A DNA stretch of 64,000 bases from Zygnema circumcarinatum SAG 698-1b (taxonomy: Eukaryota; Plantae; Zygnematophyceae). Under the pieces are notes generated by a model. The model saw nothing but the letters and a program-made list of their open reading frames with translations. It had not been told where the DNA came from and ran no database searches. The stretch is from assembly GCA_037447605.1 (NCBI GenBank), contig CM074809.1, forward strand, positions 3,462,689 to 3,526,688, written 5' to 3'. The position numbers were made by a program, and so were the translations under genes. This document shows, piece after piece, positions 46,625-57,631 of this stretch; position 1 is the first letter of the stretch; each line of letters begins with the position of its first letter.

Positions 46625-49600
46625 GTGAGTGAGATGATTATGTTTTCAAGCATTAATTTTTCATTCCTTGATTGAAAAGTTTGAAAATTTTGTTTTGCCC
46701 TTTTTTTGTCCGCGATAAGTGGCTGTTCTTGCTGAGCGTGGAGGCTGTAACGGCAGAAGATAATCTCTAATGGATTATCGCTCCTTGGTCTGCTGCTATT
46801 TTTCCCGGAATCTCGCAGGTAATCAGCTGACAGGACAAATCCCAGCGGAGCTTGGCAACCTTGTGAACGCGCAAAACACGTGAGCGCCATTGGAATGAGA
46901 GAGGAAGGGAGGGAGGGTGGGCGGGGGGAGGATGGGGGGAAGGAAGGGAGGGGGGACGGAGTGAGGGAGGGAGGGCGGGTGGGAGGAAGGTGTGATGGTG
47001 GCGATGCTTTGGGTTGTAAAACGTTGTGTTGTTAGGACTCAGTCCCAGAAACTGGTCAGTTTTTACTAAGTTGTCTTTTTTATCCTTGTAATAATGTGTT
47101 AAACAAGCGCATGCTGCTTCGATGTATTGAATCAGCCAGTCATAGAAATTGAGTCAAGACCGGTGCTCTGCAGGAGGCAAGCTGTGATTAGAAGTAAAGA
47201 GCAATCGGTATGATGCGACCGAATGCATGCAATTCTAGCCAGTCAGTTTTACCATTAACACAAAAGTGCGGATTGTGGGAGAGGCAAGGTCAGCTATTTG
47301 AATGACAACAAGCTGTCTGGGTCACTTCCATCAACTTTTGGAAACACACTGGAGGAGCTCACGGTATTGTAAGTTCATATGCTTCTACTTTGGTAATTTT
47401 CGTTTCTTGCTACTGATGCGCTTGCCATTGCACTTATTTCTATTTCAATCATGTCTAAATTACTAGCGCCATGCGTGCCGTTTTTGGCTCATCGGCAGGT
47501 ATTTGTATAATAACCGCTTGACAGGTCCCATTCCAGACAGTCTTGGAAACGCCACCATGTTGACTGACTTGTGAGTATTTTAATACCGTTTGAAATGGGC
47601 TATTTAAGGGTGCAGTGTATCGGAGGCGTGATTTTTGTAAGAATGTATGCGATTAAATTCTTTTGCGAATATTCTTAGGATCTAATTGATATACTGGCCT
47701 GTCTGCAGATCATTGGCTAACAACTACTTTACAGGATCCGTCCCTTCATCCTTTGGAAATCTTGTAAACCTTAGAAGCTTGTAAGTGAACATCGGGCATG
47801 CATTCTGCATTTGCTACGCACGCTGATGGAATAGTTTTTTGCTCAGCTTTAATAGTGACTTGAGAAATTAAGCCAACTTGAGTTTTTCAGCGGGAGTGCA
47901 GTGTCGAATTGTACATGATTTGTTTGAGGATGTTTGAAACTGCTTTGCTGGGCTTTCTCATTCTCTCCTGCTATTTTTTTTTCCCCTTTATGCCATATGG
48001 TGAGAGGAGCACGCGCATGGTGCAGATCTTAGAACTAGTAGTTCCTAAAGTATGGCTTTCGGTAAATTTTGGTTTTCACACCAGATCGCTTCAAGACAAT
48101 GCTTTGGATGGAACCTTACCGGCCACGTTTGGAAACATGGTGAACCTAGCCTCCTTGTAAGTGACATTTTTTGCGACGAAAATATCCCTGAAATGACTCT
48201 GCATAGTTGTCGTATTGCCTCACTGCTCTTTAGGTTCTATGAGAACTCCCTAAAACATCCCGAATCCCGAAGGCGCTCAAATAAAATTTTCCTGAGAAAA
48301 GGAAAAAAAGTTTGTGCGATTGCAGAATGCTCATACCTATGTTACATTCGTTTTCATCTTTCAGAAATTTGGCAAACAATTTCCTTACCGGAGAAATCCC
48401 CGCAAACATTGGTAACCTTACTGCGCTGGGAAATCTGTAAGTCAATTTACATCTACTTTTCCATCTCTTTTGTGTTGCAGTAGCGAGCGATTTTTTTTTT
48501 GTATGTTATAAATGATCTTTTTCTTCCTTGTGAAACCCTGTTCAGATCTTATAGTTCACTCTTGAGTATGTGTGCACACGCCCGAGATGTCCGATGTGTC
48601 CTACAAATGTGAGAAAAGTTTAAAGATAGCAATGATTACTACGCTGCTGAAGACCCCATCAGGAGTTTTCCATCGAATTTAGCTCGAAAAATGGTTGAAA
48701 GAGTTAAATTTCAATGGTGTATGAGGCACCGAAGGATGAACAAATGTGGCTTTTGGGATGACATCAGGGTGATCAATTATCCCAACAATCTCTACGGAAG
48801 CATACCGTCGTCCATCGGCAATATGATCTATCTCTCGACATTGTACGTACTCAACTTTCTATTTTTGCAGTCAAATTTTAGAACTGTGCCAGCGTTGAGT
48901 GGAAAGGTACATAGGTTTGTCTGTCTCCATGTCTGTCTGTCAGCATCGGTCAGTATCAAGAAAACATTCAAAGCCTCGTTCAAAACGTTATTGCTACTTA
49001 GTTTCTACTTTTATACGAGTTCTTAAGCAAAATTTCTGTTGTAATATGCCATTGTCATGACATCTGATGTTTTCGCACATGGAGCCCTTATCACGTGGAT
49101 CATTCATTCTTTAAGGAGTTGTGGCCACTGCAGTGGTCATACGTACAATGTCACCTATTACAGGACTGGAATTAATCCAATGTTTGAAACTCGTCCTCAT
49201 GGCTGCACAGAGATCTGTCTTCCATGTCGCTGAATGGAAGTATACCAGCATCACTGAGTCAACTTCAAGGCCTTTACTCGCTGTACGTCTAACCGATCTC
49301 TTACTAATCCACCATCTGTTTACTACGAGCTCAGACACTACTGCGATGATTTGGTCCTCAGTAGATGAGCCGTTTTCGAAAAGAAATAGTTTTTAAAGTG
49401 GGTCAAATGTGGTGCATAGTTTGACAATGGCGTGAACAAACCTGAATGTGTTCGTGTCTTCCAAATGGGGTGACAGGCAACTTTCCGGCAACAGCCTCAG
49501 TGGCCCCATTCCAGAAAACATTGGCAATATGACAGGCTTGCGATACTTGTACGGTCCCTCTCCCTTTGCCGCAGCAATGTGTTTCGTCTGCTAAATTTGC

Positions 49601-52600
49601 AGGTTAATTATTTGGGAACTTTTTGGCTCACTCCATCAATATAGAGAAAATTTGATGTCAGCGATTATGGTTGGAAACATTGGGGAAGGTCTATCGGGAT
49701 CCTATCCCTAGGCAATGCACATTGCCATGTATTTTTTGTTAGTTGACATATATTTTGATTTCGACAAATTTCTCGACCCTTTTGTGAGAACATTGATTAG
49801 GCATCGTTGTCATAAATTAATAACTTTGTTCTATCACCACAGCTTGACCCTTCGGGTGAAGCGTTTGTGACTATCTGCTGCGCTTCTCAGTTTGTTGTTC
49901 TACCCATACCCCTTTGCTGGTTGATCTGCTTGCAGAGACCTGAGTTCAAACCAGCTCACTGACAACATTCCAAGCAGCATCGGCAACTGCATATATTTGA
50001 ACACCTTGTGAGAAGTTCATTTCATTCCCCCTCAGAGTGCCATTGGGTGAAATGGAATCTCACAACAAGGCATTTGTTTGGCTAGAATGTTTGCATGTTC
50101 ATTGTTTTACCATGTACGAGAACCTAAGAGGAATGACATTATTGAAGAAACATTGATTAGGCAAAAGCTCCGTGCCAAACGGGTCAGTAAATGTCTTGAT
50201 TTAGCCGTAAGGGGGGTATCGTTTTGGTTGCCCAAGCTCCTCGACAGTCTTGACTGCCATTTCTGAACGAACTCTGCTTCGAAAATGCATAGTTCTCTAA
50301 CATTTTGTTTCTTATGTTTTAATGGGCCGACTTACAGAGCTTTAAATAACAACAAACTGTCCGGACGGATACCAGACTCTATTGGAAGACTTACGAATCT
50401 CTACAATATGTAAGTGCAAGTGTGCTTCCCAGGGGATCCTTCGTTATGAACAGGGAAGAGATCGTGCAAGTCAGGTCTGTCCGAGAGTATCGAACGACTA
50501 CAGAGAATGCGAAAGTAAAGCTCAGCTTGTAGCTGTACGTGTCATTTTCTCATGAGAACTACGAGATGCAATATTCTTGACACGCTTTTCTTTGTATCGC
50601 TGCAGAAACCTACGAAACAATTCTCTCAACGGCACTATACCAGCAACAATCAAATTTATTGCCAATCTCCAGTACCTGTGAGTACTCACACAGTTCCTTT
50701 CTGACGCTTCTTCTATTGTTGTACTTTTTATCATAGGGAAACACACGTGCTCATATCCTGTTTGAAGTTTACGGCACGCACTACACTTTTTCCACCGCCC
50801 TTCACTTGCTACGTATCTCACTTTCCTGCACCCGTCTGATCATAATACACAAAGAACCGTAGGATCTTAAATGATTTATGGTTTGTTTCCTTCACAGGTA
50901 TCTCGACCAGAACCAACTAAGCGGAAACATTCCTGCTGAGATCGCGAGATTCCCATATATGAATGAGTTGTAAGTGCCTCACTGAGATGCAGTAGAGACC
51001 AAGGACGAGGGGGGACCCTTGGAGGCCGGATCAAAGGCGGTTTTTGTTCCGCTAACACTTGGGCGGGTCAAATGTTTGACGTGAATTTTTTTTTTTCTGA
51101 CTGTTTCCATTTCTTCAAGAGTATAAGAACTCTCCTGCACTCTGAAAGAAAAGTGGGGCTCCATCTTCGACCAAATACCTGTCTTGCCATAGTTCACTAT
51201 TCCTTTTGGTTTGGGTTGTGCAGGATCTTGGCAAATAATTCCCTGAGTGGAGTTCTTCCCGAAAGCTTTGGAGACTTGTCTTCGTTATACATTTTGTGAG
51301 GGAAAATTCTTGCTTATTGCTTCTTCCGTTGTTGATCCTTCAAGAGCATAGGTTGGGATAAATTCTTGCAGCTTATGACGAGTTGAGGCTATAATCGTGG
51401 CTTCTTAGAATCGTTTTAACGGTTGCCACTCATCTGTCTCCTCATTGCTCATGAAGTCCTCCAAGGTTTGGCTTTTCGGCCTACAGGTCTCTTGCCTTGT
51501 CTTCTCTTGGCTTCGTTAAACTTTTTGTGACGGAAAATCTTGTTTTTGCATTCGTAGTTGGTCGTTGTAAGAGTAGGTTGGGGACTTCTTTCTGCACAAT
51601 GTGACGAGTTGAAGCTCACATTATGGTTCCTTCGAAAGGTCCTAGCGATTACCATGCATGTGCCTCATGGCTCATGAAGCCCTCCAAGGTTTGGCTTTTC
51701 AGCCTACAGATCTCTTGCCAACAACAATCTCGCTGGATCGATTCCAACCACATTCAGCAAACTTGGCAGCCTCCGTTATTTGTAAGTCGTTTTCTATTTC
51801 TGTATTTACACGCGATACCTTCTATGAAGAAAATGAGCGCTTGAGAATGAAGTTGAGCTCTCCCTCTCATGTTTCCTGCATGAGCAATGGATGCATGTGC
51901 CAGGGATCTTCAAGGGAACCTGTTCAACGGAAGCTTCCCAACCACACTCACCAAACTATCAATTTCTCTTTTGTGAGTGTACTCAAACAAACTTTTAGAG
52001 AGGAGCATTTTGAATGTACGTATGAAGAATGATCGATCATCACATGATTTTTGAGGTAACCTGAGAACTTTTGACTCTCTATCACAAGTTAGTTTCGATT
52101 CTTAACGGTTTCGACTGTCTTTGTTATCATCAGGCGCATGTCAAACAACCAGCTTACTGGGATATTACCACAATTTTCGACAACCTCCTTGCGCTACGTG
52201 TGAGCCAAACAACCTATCACGAATGCTCACAGACCTCTTCGGTGTGAGAACGCTCAAGAAGATTTGGCTCATCAGGTTAAAATAATACAAGAGATTAATG
52301 GAAAGATTGACTTCGTTCAAAGTGGGGTGGATTTTCAAGGACTTGAGCTACAGCCAGCTGACCGGCACTATTCCTCTTTTCCCCGACGGCTGCTGTTGGA
52401 TGCGCCTGTGAGCTCCTTTACCCTCTTGCCGACTGGAAAATTATGTGGACTGATTTCTGTTTTCAGCCCGGGGGGCTGAATTGGTCGATTGATCATACCT
52501 TACGCACGCTACAGGTGACACATCATGTAGAAATGAATTTGAGTTCAATTCATTTGTGGCCATCGACGTCGGTGATCGGAAATTTGGATTGCCATCACTG

Positions 52601-52697
52601 ATACCGTTTTAAAATGTGCATTTTGTCGCAGGTATTTTAATAACAACAACTTCTTAGGAGCAGTGCCTGCGTATGTCGGATACTGGACACGGACGTT
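46553..52697 (+). CDS. Partial gene: plant-type LRR protein (LRR-RLK/RLP-like ectodomain), 20 one-repeat exons
   Basis: Consensus xLxxNxLxGxIPxxxGxLxxLxxL; exons 66-75 bp, all phase 2; 1428 nt joined without stops; 18 of 20 acceptors are AG. Confidence 0.92.
46808..46879 (+). CDS. LRR exon 2 (acceptor reads CG)
   Basis: NLAGNQLTGQIPAELGNLVNAQNT; donor gtgagc. Confidence 0.7.
47294..47368 (+). CDS. LRR exon 3
   Basis: YLNDNKLSGSLPSTFGNTLEELTVL. Confidence 0.9.
47499..47570 (+). CDS. LRR exon 4
   Basis: YLYNNRLTGPIPDSLGNATMLTDL. Confidence 0.92.
47709..47780 (+). CDS. LRR exon 5
   Basis: SLANNYFTGSVPSSFGNLVNLRSL. Confidence 0.92.
48085..48156 (+). CDS. LRR exon 6
   Basis: SLQDNALDGTLPATFGNMVNLASL. 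Confidence 0.92.
48365..48436 (+). CDS. LRR exon 7
   Basis: NLANNFLTGEIPANIGNLTALGNL. Confidence 0.92.
48768..48842 (+). CDS. LRR exon 8
   Basis: VINYPNNLYGSIPSSIGNMIYLSTL. Confidence 0.88.
49211..49282 (+). CDS. LRR exon 9
   Basis: DLSSMSLNGSIPASLSQLQGLYSL. Confidence 0.9.
49477..49548 (+). CDS. LRR exon 10
   Basis: QLSGNSLSGPIPENIGNMTGLRYL. Confidence 0.92.
49936..50007 (+). CDS. LRR exon 11
   Basis: DLSSNQLTDNIPSSIGNCIYLNTL. Confidence 0.92.
50338..50409 (+). CDS. LRR exon 12
   Basis: ALNNNKLSGRIPDSIGRLTNLYNI. Confidence 0.92.
50606..50677 (+). CDS. LRR exon 13
   Basis: NLRNNSLNGTIPATIKFIANLQYL. Confidence 0.92.
50898..50969 (+). CDS. LRR exon 14
   Basis: YLDQNQLSGNIPAEIARFPYMNEL. 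Confidence 0.92.
51224..51295 (+). CDS. LRR exon 15
   Basis: ILANNSLSGVLPESFGDLSSLYIL. Confidence 0.92.
51710..51781 (+). CDS. LRR exon 16
   Basis: SLANNNLAGSIPTTFSKLGSLRYL. Confidence 0.92.
51904..51972 (+). CDS. LRR exon 17
   Basis: DLQGNLFNGSFPTTLTKLSISLL. Confidence 0.88.
52134..52199 (+). CDS. LRR exon 18
   Basis: RMSNNQLTGILPQFSTTSLRYV. Confidence 0.88.
52339..52407 (+). CDS. LRR exon 19 (acceptor reads AA)
   Basis: DLSYSQLTGTIPLFPDGCCWMRL; donor gtgagc. Confidence 0.65.
52632..52697 (+). CDS. LRR exon 20 (3' boundary less certain)
   Basis: YFNNNNFLGAVPAYVGYWTRTL; donor gtatga, otherwise stop six codons later. Confidence 0.75.
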
Positions 52698-52729
52698 GTA
52701 TGACTCAGAACTCTAAAGCTGACAATCTC

Positions 52730-53153
52730 AGTTTCTTTGAACATACCACGGTATTCGGAAGGACTTTGGAGGGGTCTGGAAATTGCTAACGCACCAAACG
52801 TGATGTGGGCCCCAATCATGGGATTGGAGGGTTCTGCCGGAGCCGAGGGCTCCGGTGGCACGAGAGGAGAGGCAGGATTCTCCGGATGACCCTGGTCATC
52901 CGTGGGCTCAGGACTGTGGCCCTCCATGGGGACGGGCGCAATCTCCGAGTGCTCCTCCATTTCCTCGTCCTGGGGGACGGGAAGTGGAGGTGGTGGCCCA
53001 GAGGGCCCTGGGTCCCCTCCGGCCCAGCGTGTGGTCACCATGACCCACTAGGTTCTTCCAAAAGAAGAAGGCCGCAACGCGGCTCTGATACCAAATGTCA
53101 CGGCTGATATCTAGCTCCTTCAGCCTACGCGGAATAGCACTCAGTCTGCACGC
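52730..53153 (-). pseudogene. Gypsy remnant: LTR end (53096 onward), PBS 53081-53093, Pro-rich gag N-terminus
   Basis: MVTTRWAGGDPGP.. homologous to 5521; left boundary approximate. Confidence 0.7.
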
Positions 53154-53163
53154 NNNNNNNNNN

Positions 53164-54296
53164 GGAGAACATCGATGTGTCTCCGCACATATGCGTAGAA
53201 GCGCCGGAATCAATCAGCCACGGCCGCTTCGGATCCTCTTCCTGAATCCTTCCCACAAACGCATTCTCAGTATTCTCCGCCAACATGAGGTTGTTCTCGA
53301 CTGCTACCTTGCAGTCTGAGCTCCTGTGGCCTCTCTTCTTGCATTTGAAGCAAGTGCCACTGAACGCCTTCTTCTCCTTCTTGCCGGATGAAGTCGCGTT
53401 TCCTCCTTTCTCTTGTTGCCTCTGTTCTTGAAGCAATCGCTGGAGTAGTGGCCGATCTTGCCACACGTATAACACGTAATCGCCGAGCGTTCTCCTCGGG
53501 CTGACTTCGGGGCGCCTCCTCTTCGATTCGGTCGAGTGTGCAACGCAAGCACTTTCTCCTCAGGGCTGCCGACATCCTGAATGGAGTCCTCCTCCTTTAT
53601 CCCTAAACGACTTTGCTCCAGAGTCATGCGTGGTATTAGTGGGACTGTCCTCCAAAGCCGCCATTGCCATCGAATCTCTTGGTCAAACCCTAGAAGCGGC
53701 TTATCGTATGAGTGCGCCTCTAATGGTTTCCCAAGGGCTATGAACCTCTCCATCAGAGCATCAAACCTGACCATGTAAGCTTCTAGTTTCTCATCTGAAG
53801 TCATCTTCATCTTGCCTAGCTGCGTGTAAAGACTGACGATCGTCACATTGTCTTTTACATCATACATTTCCTCTAGGCACTTCCACATAGCATGAGAGGT
53901 TTTGAGATCATATAGCATAGAGGACGGACTTCCTCTTACGCTCATTACAATTTGCGTCAGGGCCTTGTTGTCCTTGGCTTTCCATCGTGCGAGCGCCACG
54001 TCGTACTCCGACTGCTGCTCCGCTGAGGCTCCAACCGGTAACTCCGGCGCCTTGATGCTGCCATCAACATACCCAAGCAACCCCTTGCCAACAAGCAGGG
54101 GAACCAACCTCCATCTCCATGCTTTGTAATCCTGCCCATCAAAGGCCGGAATGCTGAACTTGACGTGGTCCTCCGAGTCTCCATGAGCTCTGATACCACT
54201 TGTTGGTGGAGGGACTCCTCCATTGCTGCCGTCCGTTCCTCCATTCGGGTCACCCTCCATCGGAGTTCGCGTTCCAATCGACGATGACATCTTCAA
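53164..54296 (-). pseudogene. Copia gag-protease (B-related), starting in LTR; PBS 54187-54198
   Basis: PPTSGIRAHG..IPAFDGQDY; CCHC knuckles; WLIDSGAS; frameshifts. Confidence 0.88.
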
Positions 54297-55229
54297 ATCT
54301 CACATTCACTCGCAGCCCATTTTACTCACGAGTGAATCCACCGATAAATAATGCCGCAGTAGGAATATGAGAGAAATGAATAGGAGAAAGCTCACGGCTC
54401 TAAAACTCCTTAATAGTGAATTCACTCATACATTGAGGGCCCCCTCTCCGTCGACGGCTCGCTTAATCCTGCAGCTCACTACCTCCCGCAGCCGCGAGTA
54501 TAAAGTGTAGTGTTGCAGCGCGGCGGCGGCATAGCGAGACTACAGCGGCTGAATGAATTGTTTGCCTACAACAAAAACAATCCTTAAATACTATGTCACT
54601 ACACACGTGACAACAACATGCTACGAAGCTTCACAACATCGACTAGCGGCCTGCAAGGGCCCTATCCCGATCCTAATCCTGCGCCGTCGGATCCTCGTAG
54701 GCTCACACGGATCCAGCCCTTTGCTTCCGTCGGATCCGACTCAGCCTTCCATTCGATCCACGTCTTGCGCCGTAGGATCTGACCTTGCCTCCAAGATAGA
54801 TGGCAGCGTCAATCCTGGCGTCGTCTCCGCAGCCACCGACAATTCAGCGCGCCAGCTCAAATGCGATTCACGAATCAGCGGCGCCTTTGCGACAATGCAA
54901 CGCCCGCCGGCGCCAAGTCCAGATCGGCCAATCCAAAGGCGGCGCGCTCCGCGTCGCACTTCAAATTTGCCCTTGATTTAGCGTCGCGTCACATCTTCGA
55001 TTAAGCTCCGGCGTCAGCGTCAGCGCCGCGTCACATTTCAAATGCGTCGCGTCGGCGTTCTCGTCGCCGACTCCGCCCGGCGCCCGGCTATCCTCTCCAC
55101 CGACCAAAGAAAGTCCGTACCGCTACCGTCGAACCCCAAGCACATGCGTAACCAAGGGCCACACACAACACACGCACACAAAACTAATGTCCCAACAACA
55201 ACTTGTCTAGTGACTAACTACTATACCTC
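54201..55229 (-). mobile_element. 5' LTR of preceding element
   Basis: Follows PBS; U3 homologous to 12140-12568 and 13670-14094. Confidence 0.8.
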
Positions 55230-56274
55230 ATGAATGTTGAAGCAGGGGTTTGCTCCCCACTTCCGGCGCCACCTTGGGTGTCGCCCTCCATTGGAACTTG
55301 AGTTCCCACGGATGAAGACATTCAAACACTCAAAGCTCTATCTTACTTCACTCATCGCCTATAACAATGTAATGAAGTTACAAGACAAGCTAATAGCTGA
55401 AATCATGCAAATGAGAGAGTGTTAGGAGAGAAAGCTCACTGGCCTAAAACTCCTTATAATAAAACTGCTTCCCACAATGAAGTTCTCCCACTACCAAGGT
55501 CCCTCTCACTACTACCTCATCATTACACAAGTGTAGGCAAAATTTTACAAAGACGAAAGGTGTACTGCACAAGACCCGAGACGCGACAGTGCTGTGGGTG
55601 GGGTTATCTCCCATAATAAAAACGGCGTATCAGATATCATGAGCCCCAGGACGCGACACACATGTCACGCCTTCGGCCCGGCCATTGCAAACCCATGTGA
55701 CCGTCCAGTGGGCGACCAGAATACACCGCCAGTCGCCTCAGAAACCTACCTGCAGTCACACCCAGTTCTTGTTGGCTGCATAATTGTCTGTGACAAGATT
55801 GCTGGGCTACCGGCTCTTTCCTGGGCTTTTCGCCACACACACCTCGCCAGATACATCAATCCTCAAGGGACTCCATATTGCGAAGTGGGTCCACGCGGCG
55901 CATTCCGTTCGCCGCTAAATATCTTTATGTCGCTCGCTACAAGAATCTTTGCGCTTCTCAAGGTTAGCAAGGCTACATTAATCAAAGTTGCTACAACTGC
56001 ATTTCAAGGACCAGCGTCAAGGCTCAATATTCAAAGTTGCGCTGGCCCGCTTCTCCTCAAGGCATGTGGCCGCCACAAGGCCCAATCAGCTGCTCAGACT
56101 ACAAGACTCTCACAAGACCTACACTGAAATGAGTAATCACATCTCCAAATCTAAGAGCACTACTACCAGCGTGATCTCATGTTCTACAAACCGAAAATTA
56201 CAACAAGGTGTGTGTGCCATACAATGTCTAACTATCATAATGCCAATACTCAATAATCCTCTTGGGACTCAGCC

Positions 56275-57631
56275 TCATGGGCCCCAGCTCCAATCAATCA
56301 TTGCTCACTAGTAGTGCCCCTAATCACCCCCTGGGTCAACATGTTCCAGTATTCGCTCTTTGCTCCTACAAACTTCACCACCACTATCATCCCTTCCTCT
56401 ACCAACCTCGCGACATAATGATATTGCACCCTAACGTGTTTGGTTCTTCTTGGCGAAACAATGTGGTTCTCCATGAGGGCTATAGATGACCGGTTGTCCG
56501 TAAAAGAGCCAATGGTGCTTAGGTTGCTTACATTCTATCAAAGAAATGTTGGAACTACATCTCCTCTCGCCGTATGGCACGCCCATGTACTTCTGCTCGC
56601 ATAGCCGCCACCGTAATCTTGTAACTTCGGTGCCCATGAGATCACGCCTCCGCTCAGAACACAAATCCGACGGCCGATCGCGGACGTGTCCACATCACCT
56701 TCCCAATCGAAATGGTGTACCCGACACTGCTGGCCCCTTTCAAATTGAGACCGTAATCCAAGGTCCTTTTCACTTAATCTCAAAATCCGCTTTACGCTCT
56801 CCCAATGTTCGTGACCGATTCTCCAGAACCGACTTCTATTGAAGCTCACTTGCTTTTGCTAAGTCGATTTAGTACCTATCATCGATATATTAAACTCTAT
56901 TGCCGACCAGACGACTGCACATTCTCGTACTCTCCGTGATTCTGGCCGCCGCCGTATCATATCTCGACAATCGTGATTCCATTCCCCATCGGACTCGAAC
57001 AAGGACGCACTCTCCATTTTGAACCTCGCAAGTATATCCGCCAAGGGCGCATTTCTTCTTAACAAAGAAATAAGCTACCGGCCCCGCCTCTTCAACTGCA
57101 TTCCTAGGAGATACTGCGCCTCCCCTAGATCTGACATTTTGAAGTTAGCTTCCAAAAGCCGCTTCAAATCATTGATTCTCTCCAATGAGAGGCTCACCAT
57201 TATGAGGTCGTCCACGTAGATCCCAACGTACATGAGATCCGCCTCTTCTCCTTGTCGGTACACGGAATGATCCGCCTCTAATCACAAGAACTGGCATTCG
57301 CTAGGAGGTCATCAATTTACCAAACTCGGGCGCCGCGCTTCGCCCTGCATAAACTCTTCACAAGACGGTCAAACGATGCTCCGCCGACAATCTCTTTCCT
57401 TCGGTTTACTCATGTAGATCTCTCGCCGGTGATCTCCGCATGTAAACGCGTAGCCTTTGATATCGAAGTTGGATGTACCGCATCCTCGGCCGCCGCATCG
57501 AGCATAGGGGCAATGCAGGGAGTTGAACTACCACGGGGCTTAAGGTCTCCGTAGTCGATTCCGTACGCCCGGCCGGCCTCGGCCACCAGCCGCCGCTTTG
57601 TATCGGGGGTCGACACTCTGGCCCTACTGCT
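56275..57631 (-). pseudogene. RT/RNase H region, indel-rich
   Basis: Homologous to 23793-25300; GIYVDDLIM retained. Confidence 0.8.

Noticed and set aside
46895-46995. Purine-rich GGGA tract in LRR intron 2
   Set aside because: Ordinary microsatellite-like tract; no further support for function
56275-57631. Hypermutated RT region inside an otherwise intact element
   Set aside because: Dense small indels next to an 849-aa open frame look like low-accuracy gap fill; similar at 39700-40050
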